From the NCBI GenBank assembly GCA_016199215.1, contig JACQHB010000006.1, positions 3,642 through 67,641 on the forward strand: a stretch of DNA of 64,000 nt, in the 5' to 3' direction. Both the position numbers and the translations under genes were made by a program. Below, in pieces: positions 32,304-42,036 of the stretch. The notes below the pieces were generated by a model. It had not been told where the DNA came from and did no database searches. It saw only the letters and a list, made by a program, of their open reading frames with translations. Position 1 is the stretch's first letter. Each line of letters starts with the position of its first letter. Source of the DNA: Candidatus Doudnabacteria bacterium. Lineage in GTDB: Bacteria; Patescibacteriota; Doudnabacteria; UBA920; O2-02-FULL-48-8.

Positions 32304-32675
32304 CTACTCCTCTCTGCACCGCCGATTCTTCCGGTTGGCGTAGAGAGTCGTCAGCTTGACCTCACGGTCCAGCCATTCCTCGGGGTTTCGTCCGGCGTGC
32401 TCAACAGCGCACATCCAGACGTATACGGTGGCTTCACCGACACCCTTGATCGAGAACAGGTCTTCGATGTCAACGCGCGCCGCCAGCTCCTTGATGCTCC
32501 GAGGCTCAAACCGCTTGAGCACCCAATCGAGGTTGGCAGCTGCGGACATATTGCCGCAATGCAAATCATCGATCAGCTGCCGGCGTGTAAATGTGTCCTT
32601 CCCGATTTCGAGGATCACCTCATCAAGCCTGTCGAGGAAAGCCTTGCCGACCTTCCGTTCCCATTTTCTGCTCAT
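32304..32675 (-). CDS. hypothetical protein (123 aa) with helix-hairpin-helix-like motif, GC-rich
   Basis: Start chosen at ATG 32673-32675 (MSRKWERK). IKGVGEATVYV is HhH-like. Followed by the terminator GGCTGTTCGCGAC..GTCGCGACAGCC plus a T-run. Confidence 0.45.
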   Translation of the reverse strand: MSRKWERKVGKAFLDRLDEVILEIGKDTFTRRQLIDDLHCGNMSAAANLDWVLKRFEPRSIKELAARVDIEDLFSIKGVGEATVYVWMCAVEHAGRNPEEWLDREVKLTTLYANRKNRRCREE

Positions 32676-32829
32676 ATCCCCCTCTTGGTTTTGACCAGTC
32701 GTTCGCAGCAGCAGCATGCCCTGCGAAACAGCCAAGCATATCAAAAAAGCCTTCAACGGTCAAACCTCATTCGTGAATGCGGAAATTAAGCCTTGTTTTT
32801 TTAGAATTATTTACCTAAAATACTCTAGC

Positions 32830-33438
32830 ATGAATCTCCCGAAATCCATCCAAAACCTAATCAATGAACTGTCCAAACTGCCAGGGATCGGGCCCAAGAC
32901 CGCGTCCCGGCTGGCTTTTTATCTGCTCAAACAACCCCCTGCCGAACTTACCAACCTCGCAAACGCGGTGGCTAATTTGCACAACAATATAATCTACTGC
33001 TCAACCTGCTTCAACATGGCCGAAACAGATCCGTGCAAAACTTGCTCGGATCATGGAAGAAACAAAAATCTGATCTGCGTAGTCGAAGATCCCCTGGACG
33101 CGCAAGCCATGGACCAGATCCAAAGCTTTAACGGGGTATTCCATATTTTGGGCGGCGCAATTTCTCCCCTGGACGGGATTGGTCCGGATCAGCTCAAAAT
33201 CGATCAACTGCTTTCAAGATTGTCTGAAAACAATGAACCAAAAGAAATAATCCTGGCCACCAATCCTTCTTTGGAAGGTGAAGCCACTGCCATGTTCATT
33301 TCAAGAAAAATCAAAGACCCGAAATTCGCCCACATAAAAGTTACTCGAATAGGAAGAGGCCTGCCAATGGGAGCCGAGCTTGAGTACGCGGATGAAACCA
33401 CGCTTTCCAAAGCCTTGGAAGGCAGGCGGGAATTTTAA
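32830..33438 (+). CDS. recR: recombination protein RecR
   Basis: Start at ATG 32830. LSKLPGIGPKTASRLAFYLL (HhH), C4 zinc finger CSTCFN...CKTC, and a Toprim segment. Confidence 0.9.
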   Translation: MNLPKSIQNLINELSKLPGIGPKTASRLAFYLLKQPPAELTNLANAVANLHNNIIYCSTCFNMAETDPCKTCSDHGRNKNLICVVEDPLDAQAMDQIQSFNGVFHILGGAISPLDGIGPDQLKIDQLLSRLSENNEPKEIILATNPSLEGEATAMFISRKIKDPKFAHIKVTRIGRGLPMGAELEYADETTLSKALEGRREF

Positions 33439-33514
33439 AAAAAGCCGCTCTTCGCGGTTTTTTGATTAGACGCGTGAAGGGGTCAGCGCAGCTTTCGCTT
33501 AACGCAAAACCCCT

Positions 33515-33799
33515 TCACCAAAAAAGCTTGTACAGCAGTGCAACCAGCCCGAAAGTGGGCAGCTTGGGAAAGAAAACAACCACGATTACGGCCCTTATCA
33601 TCCATTTATCCCTGAGTGGCCAGGGAACGCCCCATCGAATCAAGGCTCGGGTAAGCCTCTTTTCGTTTTCGATATAGGCGTCACGTGTCCAACGAGCCAC
33701 GCGGCCCAAGGACAGGTGCAGAACCCTGATGGTCTGTTGCGTTTGGGCGGCGATCAAAAAAACACCAATCAGCAGCACGGCTGTGCCAAGAATCTTCAT
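33515..33799 (-). CDS. small membrane protein (94 aa), GC-rich
   Basis: ATG at 33797-33799 follows CAGGAGGGAGAG. Two hydrophobic segments. Flanked on both sides by hairpin terminators. Confidence 0.5.
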   Translation of the reverse strand: MKILGTAVLLIGVFLIAAQTQQTIRVLHLSLGRVARWTRDAYIENEKRLTRALIRWGVPWPLRDKWMIRAVIVVVFFPKLPTFGLVALLYKLFW

Positions 33800-33836
33800 C
33801 TCTCCCTCCTGAACTTTTGCCAAAGACCTACAACTC

Positions 33837-33867
33837 AAAAAGGAATTCCCAACAAGGAATTCCTTTT
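33837..33867 (-). terminator. terminator of rplU
   Basis: AAAAGGAATTCC-caacaa-GGAATTCCTTTTT. Confidence 0.7.
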
Positions 33868-33873
33868 TGTTTT

Positions 33874-34182
33874 CTAGGAAATGGATTCTATCTTCACGAT
33901 TGTCTGCTGCTGGCGATGCCCGGTCTTTCTTCGGTAACGGGATTTGGCCCGATATTTAAAGATAACCAGTTTATCCGCTTTTGATTGCTCAAGAATTTTC
34001 CCGACTACTTTTGCCCCCAAAACATATGGCTTGCCGATTTTCACATTGTCTTTGTCCGCAACAAGCAAAACCTTGTCAAAAGCAATGGTTTCATCAGCAT
34101 TGCCGGGAAGCTTTTCCACTGTCACTTTGTCATTTGGGGAAACCAAGTATTGCTTTCCACCAGTTTCTATAATAGCTTGCAT
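33874..34182 (-). CDS. rplU: 50S ribosomal protein L21
   Basis: MQAIIETGGKQYLVSPNDKVTVEKL... ends with the RKTGHRQ pattern. Confidence 0.9.
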   Translation of the reverse strand: MQAIIETGGKQYLVSPNDKVTVEKLPGNADETIAFDKVLLVADKDNVKIGKPYVLGAKVVGKILEQSKADKLVIFKYRAKSRYRRKTGHRQQQTIVKIESIS

Positions 34183-34208
34183 AGCTTTGATAGTTTAACA
34201 AAATTTAA

Positions 34209-34925
34209 CTATTTAATCAAGGGCAGTACCTGACTGAGCGAGTAGACTATAAACTTAGGTTTTTCTGCGATTTTTGTGCCAACCAAATCAGCATATCTGC
34301 CACCATGTCGGACCAGCTGGACCGATACGCATCCAAGTTTATTGGCATGTACGATATCTTTATCAAGTCTGTCTCCAACAACCAAAACATGCTCAGGGTT
34401 AACCTTTAGCTTTTTCAATGCCGCTGCGAGTGGCTTAGAAGTGAACTTGTTGTGACCAATCTCCTCCGAAATAATCACAACATTAATGAACTTATTTAAG
34501 CCTAAGCGCTTAATTATAGCTTTCTCTCGTTTGATACTGCCATCAATAACTAAGGCGGTTTTTATTTTTCTATTCTTTAAAGTTTTTAACAACCTTACAG
34601 CATCTGGATATAAATTTGCATTTCGCACGAAACTGCCGCTAACCTGTCCTAAAAGTTTATGAAATTGCTTATCAACTAATCTTAATCCTAGTTTTTTTAA
34701 TAAGGCTGCAATAAAAATCGGAGTAGCATCATAGATTTTTTTATTTTTGGCAATCTTCCGCTTGTGCTCCTTAATCACTAGCGCATTCATTCTCAACAGG
34801 TCTTTTTCCGAAATTTTAATTCCTTTTCTGATAACAAAATTCCAAACCGAGCGGTTCATGGCTTTGTACCCGCGATCCACTTTAAGCAATGTGTCTCGAA
34901 AATCAAAGGCTACTGCTTTAATCAT
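34209..34925 (-). CDS. HAD-superfamily hydrolase
   Basis: AVAFDFRDTLL (motif I region) and VLVVGDRLDKDIVHANKLG (motif IV). Confidence 0.7.
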   Translation of the reverse strand: MIKAVAFDFRDTLLKVDRGYKAMNRSVWNFVIRKGIKISEKDLLRMNALVIKEHKRKIAKNKKIYDATPIFIAALLKKLGLRLVDKQFHKLLGQVSGSFVRNANLYPDAVRLLKTLKNRKIKTALVIDGSIKREKAIIKRLGLNKFINVVIISEEIGHNKFTSKPLAAALKKLKVNPEHVLVVGDRLDKDIVHANKLGCVSVQLVRHGGRYADLVGTKIAEKPKFIVYSLSQVLPLIK

Positions 34926-35391
34926 TTAAATTCAAAGTTATCTTATCTCCAATCTTTAGGCCATTCCGTTCTGCCCACCCGGCGTTGATTTCAAGCACAG
35001 TGTCGGCTCGTTGGCTCGGGGAATATTTCATCAACTGCTCATCTGGCGCGCCCGGCTGGGGCTGGACGTTTCGCGTAATATCCACCACCGTGTCAGCGTC
35101 GATCCAGACAATATCAATTGGGAAATTCATATCCTTCATCCAAAAAGTCCAGGCTGATGATTTTTCCCAAAGCAGAAAAAGCATTCCCTTATCCTCGCCT
35201 AATGACGCTGATCCGGACAAACCCTGAACGTATTCAAAGGAATCGTCAGCAATTTCAACCGATATTTTTTTGCCCGCAATCGTCACGTAGCTTCCTGGTT
35301 TGTTTTTCTCTTTAAATCCATAATTTAGCGCAATCAAAATTAGAACTGTTATCGTTATGGTTATCGTTATCGTTAAATTTGTTTTATTCAT
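34918..35391 (-). CDS. DUF192-domain protein
   Basis: N-terminal TM. GMLFLL...FWMKDMNFPIDIVWID is typical of DUF192. Confidence 0.75.
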   Translation of the reverse strand: MNKTNLTITITITITVLILIALNYGFKEKNKPGSYVTIAGKKISVEIADDSFEYVQGLSGSASLGEDKGMLFLLWEKSSAWTFWMKDMNFPIDIVWIDADTVVDITRNVQPQPGAPDEQLMKYSPSQRADTVLEINAGWAERNGLKIGDKITLNLND

Positions 35392-36439
35392 TTAACTTTT
35401 GCCTAACTTTTGACAAGACAAAAATCAGTATCAGCAACGCGATTGTGAAAAGGACTAGCACGCCAAGCGCAACCAGCTTACCCAATGATTGCAAAAGCAA
35501 AGCAGTCGCGCCGAATATTCCGGTTAAAGCGTAAAGAAACAACACGGCTTGCGGCTGCGAAAAGCCCAGGTCCAGCAGCTTAAAATGCAAGTGCTTGCGG
35601 TCCCCTTTGAATGGCGACTGTTTGCTAAATAGCCTCTGGAGAATGACCCAGACCATATCCAGGAGCGGAATGCCCATAACAAGAACGGCGGTAGCGATTT
35701 TGCCGCCGGAAATTACGGCAAGCACAGCCAGCATAAATCCGGTGAAAGTGCTCCCCGCCTCCCCCAAAAAAATCTTTGCCGGATGGAAATTCAAAATCAA
35801 AAACCCAAAAAGGCTTCCGGCAAAAGTAATCGCAAGAAGCGCTGTATGGGGCTGACGGACCTGGGAAGTCAGGGACAAGGCAAATATCACGAGAGCCGCT
35901 ATGCCGGAAATGCCGGTTACCAAACCGTCCATGCCATCAAGAAATTTAGTGGTATAGGTCATGGTCATCACCCAAATAAAGACAATGACCACTGACAATA
36001 ACGATGACACCGACACAATATTCCCGGTCAATGGATTGTGCACGCTGACTGCTTGGATTCCCGAAGATATAATGGAGAGGGTAGCGAGGATTGGAAACAA
36101 GATAGAATACTGCGGAGGCAGCTGGTATTTATCATCCAAATATCCGCCGATCATCAAAATCAATCCTCCCGCCCATATGCCGATCATGTTCCTTAAGGGA
36201 ATATTTCCAGAACTAAGGTATCCGGCAAGCAGGCCGATTGTCAAAGTGACCAAAAAGAAACTGCCAAAAATCGCCATGCCGCCAAGAGTCGGAGTGGGTT
36301 GCTCATGGAATTTCCGCCTCCCATCCGGATAATCCATGATTTTCCGGCGAACCGCGATTCTTGCCACCAAAAAAGTGCCGACAAAAGAAATAAGCAAGGC
36401 CAAGGCAAACGAAATAAAATAAATAAATTTAGCCGGCAT
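35384..36439 (-). CDS. polyprenyl-phosphate N-acetylhexosamine-1-phosphate transferase (MraY/WecA family, GT4)
   Basis: Multi-TM. Carries DDKYQLPP and TKFLDGMDGL motifs. Confidence 0.8.
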   Translation of the reverse strand: MPAKFIYFISFALALLISFVGTFLVARIAVRRKIMDYPDGRRKFHEQPTPTLGGMAIFGSFFLVTLTIGLLAGYLSSGNIPLRNMIGIWAGGLILMIGGYLDDKYQLPPQYSILFPILATLSIISSGIQAVSVHNPLTGNIVSVSSLLSVVIVFIWVMTMTYTTKFLDGMDGLVTGISGIAALVIFALSLTSQVRQPHTALLAITFAGSLFGFLILNFHPAKIFLGEAGSTFTGFMLAVLAVISGGKIATAVLVMGIPLLDMVWVILQRLFSKQSPFKGDRKHLHFKLLDLGFSQPQAVLFLYALTGIFGATALLLQSLGKLVALGVLVLFTIALLILIFVLSKVRQKLNE

Positions 36440-38084
36440 AATTGATTGTGGTTTGCTCCGAAGAAATCTCTACCTTGGTTTTTCTAAACTTAGGCGTGAC
36501 GTAAAATTCCATATACTTGCCGAGCATAAGCCTGGTTTGAGCGTCTATTGCCGGAAGCGATCCGAAAATGGACGAGACAATTGGCGAGAAAACCCATTGA
36601 AGAAGCATGGATAAAGTTTTCAGCTTTCCGTACTTGGCCGGACGAGGAGGCAAAATTACCATATTCACGTACATCGAAAACAATAGGAAGAAAGTGGCCA
36701 CGGTCATGATGATTTTTGTCATAAACGGCAGATTTACCGCCAAAACAGACTGCCCGAACCTGTCTCCGCCCAAAAGCAGAGGCAGCCAGCCAAGCAGGGC
36801 AATCAGCAGTGAGGCAGTGGCCCAAAAATAGTGCCCTTCAACCAGCCGTTCTCCGTAAACCAATTTTTTCCAGAGAGGAATTTTTTTATTCCTCAAAAAC
36901 TCCGGGAACAGCATGGAAATCTCAAGAACTCCCCACGCCCACCGCCTTTTCTGCTTGTACTGGGCGACCAATGTTCCAAAATAGCTTTCACCGAGCACGG
37001 CATCCATATAAAGAGTCGTAAACAAGGGCTGGGCGCGATAATCGCCGTTGAAATGAGCAAAACATTGCCAGAAAATGTGCGAGTCGTCAGGAATTAGGTC
37101 CTTCCTCCAGAAGCCGACATCCACCAAAGTTTTAAAACTCATGGAATGGGAAGAAAAAGTTACGAGCCGGTCTGGGCGCGATGCTTCCACCAACTGCCAA
37201 AAGGATGAAGAAACTGCGATCACCCGGGCAATGGCCGGAGTGTCCCAAATATTGTTAAGAAACATAGGCATTGGCTGATAACTGGTTTGAAGGGGCTTTT
37301 TGGCCGTAAGAAAATCGTAAGTTAAGTGCGCGAAATAATTCTTTGAAGCGATTGTGTCTGAATCAAACGCTGAGACAATCACGTCCTCGTATGGAATCTT
37401 TAATTCATCAAACAGTTTTTGGGCCTTGATTGCGGAGTAGGTAATGTTGGCCCCTTTGACTTTGGCTTCCCCCGAAAGCCCGTCAGGGTGGACTACTGTA
37501 ATAAATTTATAAAATGCGCTTCCGAATTTTTCCGAAAGCAGTTTGGCGTTCTCAGCCGTTTCCGCTCCTCCCCGCTCTTCAACCGCCAATATAACAATCA
37601 TCTTCTCTTTAGAATAATCAGCGGCAACGCAAGAAGCGATCGAAGATTCCAAAACCTGCAGGCTTTCCTTATAGGTTGGAAGAATGATTAAATGATAAAT
37701 CCGGCTTGCGTCCAAATTTCTGTTGGCTGGAATTTTTTCAACCCTTTCCATCTGACTTTGGTAAAAATTTCTCAACTTCCGCGAGGAAGCCTGGGTAAAG
37801 CATAGTCGCAGATTATTTTTGAATTTCTCCAAATCAGATAATTTCGAAAGATAATCGCGCCAGTCTATTTTTTCATGAGTTTTAAGATTCCGATACGAAT
37901 GCATTAAGTGGATGGCTACGTTTCCAGCCTTCAGAAACCAATACAGATCGAACAAAATAATGTAAACGGCAACCCAAGCGGGATGGAAATACGAAAAAAG
38001 CGGAGCGCCGATCAAAGTCGCCCAGGTCAGAATCCCCGGAACAATTTCAAAAAATCTTGTAATGCTGTCTTTTTTCGCTGTCAT
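36429..38084 (-). CDS. membrane-bound family 2 glycosyltransferase (synthase-type)
   Basis: 551 aa with N- and C-terminal TM bundles around a GT-A domain (ILPTYKE, SAFDSDT, QKRRWAWG QxxRW-like). Confidence 0.7.
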   Translation of the reverse strand: MTAKKDSITRFFEIVPGILTWATLIGAPLFSYFHPAWVAVYIILFDLYWFLKAGNVAIHLMHSYRNLKTHEKIDWRDYLSKLSDLEKFKNNLRLCFTQASSRKLRNFYQSQMERVEKIPANRNLDASRIYHLIILPTYKESLQVLESSIASCVAADYSKEKMIVILAVEERGGAETAENAKLLSEKFGSAFYKFITVVHPDGLSGEAKVKGANITYSAIKAQKLFDELKIPYEDVIVSAFDSDTIASKNYFAHLTYDFLTAKKPLQTSYQPMPMFLNNIWDTPAIARVIAVSSSFWQLVEASRPDRLVTFSSHSMSFKTLVDVGFWRKDLIPDDSHIFWQCFAHFNGDYRAQPLFTTLYMDAVLGESYFGTLVAQYKQKRRWAWGVLEISMLFPEFLRNKKIPLWKKLVYGERLVEGHYFWATASLLIALLGWLPLLLGGDRFGQSVLAVNLPFMTKIIMTVATFFLLFSMYVNMVILPPRPAKYGKLKTLSMLLQWVFSPIVSSIFGSLPAIDAQTRLMLGKYMEFYVTPKFRKTKVEISSEQTTINYAG

Positions 38085-38467
38085 GAATTTGCCAAAACCA
38101 GCACGATGCTAGCAATCAGAAACACGACCTGGACCGCTATCGTGGAAAAATTTAAAAAATAACTCGCGGACCTTTCCTTGCTGAAATAAAAATTCGACAG
38201 CAATGAATTCCCAACCAAAAAAATCAGCGCGACCAGCGGAATCAAGTAAGCAAACTTTGCTTTCTGGACGAAATCCGCCCCGTAAATTACGTTGTAGTGG
38301 ATAAGAATATCCACGTTTGATCCCGCTTTAATCTTGAAAAGCAGAATAAGCCAATGTATAATGTTTACAGCAATGGCAATCAACAAGCTTATCAGGTTAA
38401 GCTTGTCGGAATAAAAAGATTTCTTGCTAGAAACAAGTTGGTTTAATTGCTCTAAAAACATTGCCAT
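38081..38467 (-). CDS. small membrane protein
   Basis: 4 TM. TATAAT (38469-38474, minus) sits 1 nt before the first ATG and 7 nt before the second ATG (38459-38461). The true start may therefore be the second ATG. Confidence 0.5.
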   Translation of the reverse strand: MAMFLEQLNQLVSSKKSFYSDKLNLISLLIAIAVNIIHWLILLFKIKAGSNVDILIHYNVIYGADFVQKAKFAYLIPLVALIFLVGNSLLSNFYFSKERSASYFLNFSTIAVQVVFLIASIVLVLANS

Positions 38468-38499
38468 TATTATAGCTTTTCCTTTGCGTTAAGTAAAAT

Positions 38500-38606
38500 T
38501 CATCCCGTTAGAAATTGCACGTTGTTACTATTGAATAAACGCTAAATCAACGGGATAAATTTAATCGATCTAAGTATCCATCTAATCACTATTTCTAACG
38601 GGATGA
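38500..38606. repeat. 107-bp element bounded by 16-bp perfect inverted repeats TCATCCCGTTAGAAAT / ATTTCTAACGGGATGA
   Basis: IRs at 38500-38515 and 38591-38606. The right IR contains the ATG (38603) of the GT39 gene. Same family as 16708-16813. Confidence 0.8.
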
Positions 38607-40180
38607 AAAAATTCCTAAAATCTAACTGGATCCTGCTCTCAATTTTAGCCATTGCCGCGCTGTTCCGCTTCTGGCAAATCGGGCATTTGCCCGGAGGTTT
38701 GTTTCCTGACGAAGCCGCCAACGGGCTTGACCTCAATTCGATTCTTAAGGGCCAAATCCAGCCGTTTTTCGAAAGAGGCAACGGGCGCGAATCCTTGTTT
38801 TTTTATTTCTTGGCGATTCCGGTTTCACTGTTTGGACGCGGCGTCTGGCAGCACCACATTGTATCAGCCGCCTTCGGCCTTGCTTCAACCTTGCTCACAT
38901 ACTTCATAACCAAAAGGTGTTTCTCCAAAAACGTGGCGCTCTTGGCCACTTTTTTCATGGCCATCTCAAGTTTCGCCGTTACCATTTCCCGCACGGCCTT
39001 TAGAGCAAACACGGTTCCATTGTTTGCCACGCTGACCCTTTTATTATTGATTAAATTTTTCCAGGAGACGGACAATAAAAAACGCCTCTGGCTTGCTTTG
39101 TTCTCCGGGGTGAGCTTGGGGTTGAATTTTTACACCTATATTTCATCCCGAATGCTGATACCGCTGATTTTGTTTTTTGGAATAATCCTTGCTTACTCTC
39201 AAAGACATAGAATCAAGGAATTAATCAAGCAATACTGGAAGCCTAAACTGGCGTTTGCCTCAGGCTTCGTTTTATCCTTCGCGTGGATCGGAATTTATTT
39301 CCTTAAGCATCCGGGAACTTTCGGTGGCAGGGCGGGACAAGTCTCTATTTTCTCCCCTGACTTGAATCAGGGAGACGTGGTGGGAACCTTCATATTAGTT
39401 TTCAAAAAAACAATCCTTTCGTTTTTCACGCAAGGCGACCTGAATTGGCGGCACAATGTTTCAGGCGCCCCCTTCCTGTCCCCCTTTCTCTCGCCGTTTT
39501 TCGCCCTTGCGCTTGTGATCTTTACCGCGGCGATTTTCAAACTGGTTTATGACGCGCATAAAAGACGGGTTGACGAAAAAACATGCTATCAGGCGCTGAT
39601 AGCGGTATGGTTTTGGTCAATGCTCGCTCCCGAACTGGTTACAGCCGAAGGCATACCCCACGGACTCCGCCTAATTGGCGTTATACCTTCCATATTCATT
39701 TTGTCAGCTTACGGGATTTATCTTGTCTGGCAAAAAATTTCGTCTTTCAAATATTTCTATAATTCTAAAGTCGCCTTTGCCGCGATTATTTTGGCAAGTC
39801 TTTTCCTTTATAATTTCTACCTTTATTTCGCGGTCGCGGCTTACTCGCCTGAATATTATTACGCCTTTCGCTCAGACCTAACTGAGGTTTCAAACTATCT
39901 AAACGTAAGAAACGACAAAAGCAAGACCTTCCTTTCTCTTGACGCCTTTTCCGTCCAGACTGTTGATTATCTGACCACGGAAAAAGGCAATCCGTATATT
40001 TTGGTCGTGCCGGAAAATACATACCAGCTCAAACTGGCCAAGAATGACCAGGTCGTATTCACGCAAAGCACAATTTTTGACGTGGTCAAATTTCTTAAAT
40101 TCCACCCAGAAGCAAAACTGGTCAAAGAGAGCAAAAACAAATGGGATCAAACTGTTATGCTCGTGTATGAGCAGAAGTAG
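38603..40180 (+). CDS. family 39 glycosyltransferase (ArnT/PMT-like)
   Basis: 525 aa, polytopic. GGLFPDEAANGLD sits in the first loop. Confidence 0.75.
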   Translation: MKKFLKSNWILLSILAIAALFRFWQIGHLPGGLFPDEAANGLDLNSILKGQIQPFFERGNGRESLFFYFLAIPVSLFGRGVWQHHIVSAAFGLASTLLTYFITKRCFSKNVALLATFFMAISSFAVTISRTAFRANTVPLFATLTLLLLIKFFQETDNKKRLWLALFSGVSLGLNFYTYISSRMLIPLILFFGIILAYSQRHRIKELIKQYWKPKLAFASGFVLSFAWIGIYFLKHPGTFGGRAGQVSIFSPDLNQGDVVGTFILVFKKTILSFFTQGDLNWRHNVSGAPFLSPFLSPFFALALVIFTAAIFKLVYDAHKRRVDEKTCYQALIAVWFWSMLAPELVTAEGIPHGLRLIGVIPSIFILSAYGIYLVWQKISSFKYFYNSKVAFAAIILASLFLYNFYLYFAVAAYSPEYYYAFRSDLTEVSNYLNVRNDKSKTFLSLDAFSVQTVDYLTTEKGNPYILVVPENTYQLKLAKNDQVVFTQSTIFDVVKFLKFHPEAKLVKESKNKWDQTVMLVYEQK

Positions 40181-40213
40181 TAATTAGTAAATAGTAATAA
40201 ATAAATAGAAGTT

Positions 40214-41647
40214 ATGAAAAAAATAATCCTACCTCTAATTTTACTCACAGGCTTATTACTGCGGCTCTACCACAATACCTCCATCGCGCTTTGGCATGAT
40301 GAGGCTTTTTCCGCCCTGTATATCAAATACGGATGGGCGGAAATGATGCACCGAATCGCTCTGGACGTCCACCCCCCGCTTTATTATCTGGTTCTGCGAT
40401 TATGGAACTATATATTAGGCAACGGCCTGTTGTCCTTGCGCCTTATGTCCATTGCCTTTGGAATAGCCACTATTTACGCTGGTTACCTCCTCGTCAAACA
40501 AATATCCAAGAACGAAACTTGGGCGCTCGTCACCGCCTTCGCTCTGGCCTTAAATCCGTTCCAAATCCAATACGCGCTAGAGGCCAGAATGTATACTCTG
40601 GGGACCTTCTTGGCGCTCTTATCATCTTATTATCTCCTAAAATCTCTTGAGACAAACAGACGGAAAGACTGGGTTATTTACGGCGTGCTAATCGCGGCCT
40701 CTATCTATACCCATTATTATCTTGTTTTTACAGTGGCCGCCCAAGCCTTATACGCTCTTTACGTGATGGTTAAAGATAAAAAAATCAATTTCCACCTGAT
40801 CGGCGCGTACCTACTTTCGGTAATTTTGTTTTTGCCCTGGCTTAAAGTATTCTTTCGTCAATTAAACCAGGTTGAACAATCTTTTTGGATACCCGCGGCT
40901 GACCGCTGGTCAGTTCCGGGCACAATCTGGAAAATGATTTTTGGCGGCAGCGGTCAAACACATGGAATCCTTATAATCACCCTGATCATCACCGCGATTG
41001 CTTTGGGTTATTTTATTAAACTTAAACAACAGCAGAAGTGGTTGATTTTGCTGGGTTTGGTTGTTCCGTTTTTTGGATCAATCTTGATTTCTTTAAAAAC
41101 CTCCATTTACCTTGATCGGTATTTCGTGTTTGCTTCATTGTTTTTTTCCATAGTAATCGGCATGACATTTTCCGAAATCAAAAATTATGCCGCAAGGCGA
41201 ACCTTGCTCGCGGTATTTTTTGCCTTAAGCGCTATCTGGTTTTTCAAGAATTGGCAGGAAATCAAATTAGGTCCCGGAATGGCCGCGGCAGCGGAACAGA
41301 TCAATGAAAACGCGACCCCCAATGATAAAATTTACGTGGGGTCCAGTTTTGTTTATTTTACTTTTAAATATTACAACCACACTCAGATCAAGCCGCTTTT
41401 AGTTTCCAGCGGACCGCTTGAGACTATTCCGCATTTTTCAGGAACCGCGCTCCTTAACGATGATGATTTAATCCTAGACTTTAAACCCACGGCCAAAGGA
41501 AGCCAGGTTTGGCTTGTCTGGACAACCGGTTTTGGCGGAAGCAAGCCGCTGGTACCTGGCAACTGGCGCTTGGTTGAAGAAAATGCTTATACTGACACCC
41601 CTGATTTTAAAGGGCAAATATTCATCGACCAATACCGAGTGAATTAG
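40214..41647 (+). CDS. family 39-like glycosyltransferase (PMT_2-like)
   Basis: 477 aa, polytopic. ALWHDEAFSALY sits in the first loop. Confidence 0.7.
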   Translation: MKKIILPLILLTGLLLRLYHNTSIALWHDEAFSALYIKYGWAEMMHRIALDVHPPLYYLVLRLWNYILGNGLLSLRLMSIAFGIATIYAGYLLVKQISKNETWALVTAFALALNPFQIQYALEARMYTLGTFLALLSSYYLLKSLETNRRKDWVIYGVLIAASIYTHYYLVFTVAAQALYALYVMVKDKKINFHLIGAYLLSVILFLPWLKVFFRQLNQVEQSFWIPAADRWSVPGTIWKMIFGGSGQTHGILIITLIITAIALGYFIKLKQQQKWLILLGLVVPFFGSILISLKTSIYLDRYFVFASLFFSIVIGMTFSEIKNYAARRTLLAVFFALSAIWFFKNWQEIKLGPGMAAAAEQINENATPNDKIYVGSSFVYFTFKYYNHTQIKPLLVSSGPLETIPHFSGTALLNDDDLILDFKPTAKGSQVWLVWTTGFGGSKPLVPGNWRLVEENAYTDTPDFKGQIFIDQYRVN

Positions 41648-41932
41648 CTTTCAGAAAATTAACCCAGCCCAAAAAATTAACGCCAGTGGCAAAGGTTTTG
41701 AGAATAATCTTGCTTGGATGAAGCCTTAGCCCAAGCCTTTGTTTTAGAAATACTGTAATATCGCTTCCAAAGCTCCCGATAGTCTTTTCAAGCAGCCACA
41801 ATATCCCGAGTAAGACATCGTGATCAATGCTCTCAAAGAATTTTTTGATGTCCAACTTAAGCACCCAGCAAGTCCTGGTATTATTTTGCTGACTTTTATA
41901 AACATCTGCCGCAGACGATTGCATAGCATTTG
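41622..41932 (-). pseudogene. reverse transcriptase remnant (N-terminus and catalytic core missing)
   Basis: The minus-strand translation contains NNTRTCWVLKLDIKKFFESIDHDVLLGIL (RT motif 2 region). It then jumps to FLKQRLGLRLHPSKIILKTFATGVNFLGW (the post-YxDD region). No YxDD and no N-terminal motifs are present. Confidence 0.6.
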
Positions 41933-41982
41933 CAAAAAAGAAAAAGACCCGGTGCATCACGCGATGTGAAATGCACCAGGTC
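41933..41982 (-). terminator. terminator of the 42037-42690 gene, abutting the RT remnant
   Basis: GACCTGGTGCAT..ATGCACCGGGTC followed by TTTTTCTTTTTT on the minus strand. Confidence 0.7.
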
Positions 41983-42036
41983 CGAAGTGCCCTAGAGCTC
42001 AAGGACTTAAGGGTCCAGAAGCCAAGGCTCCGAAGC

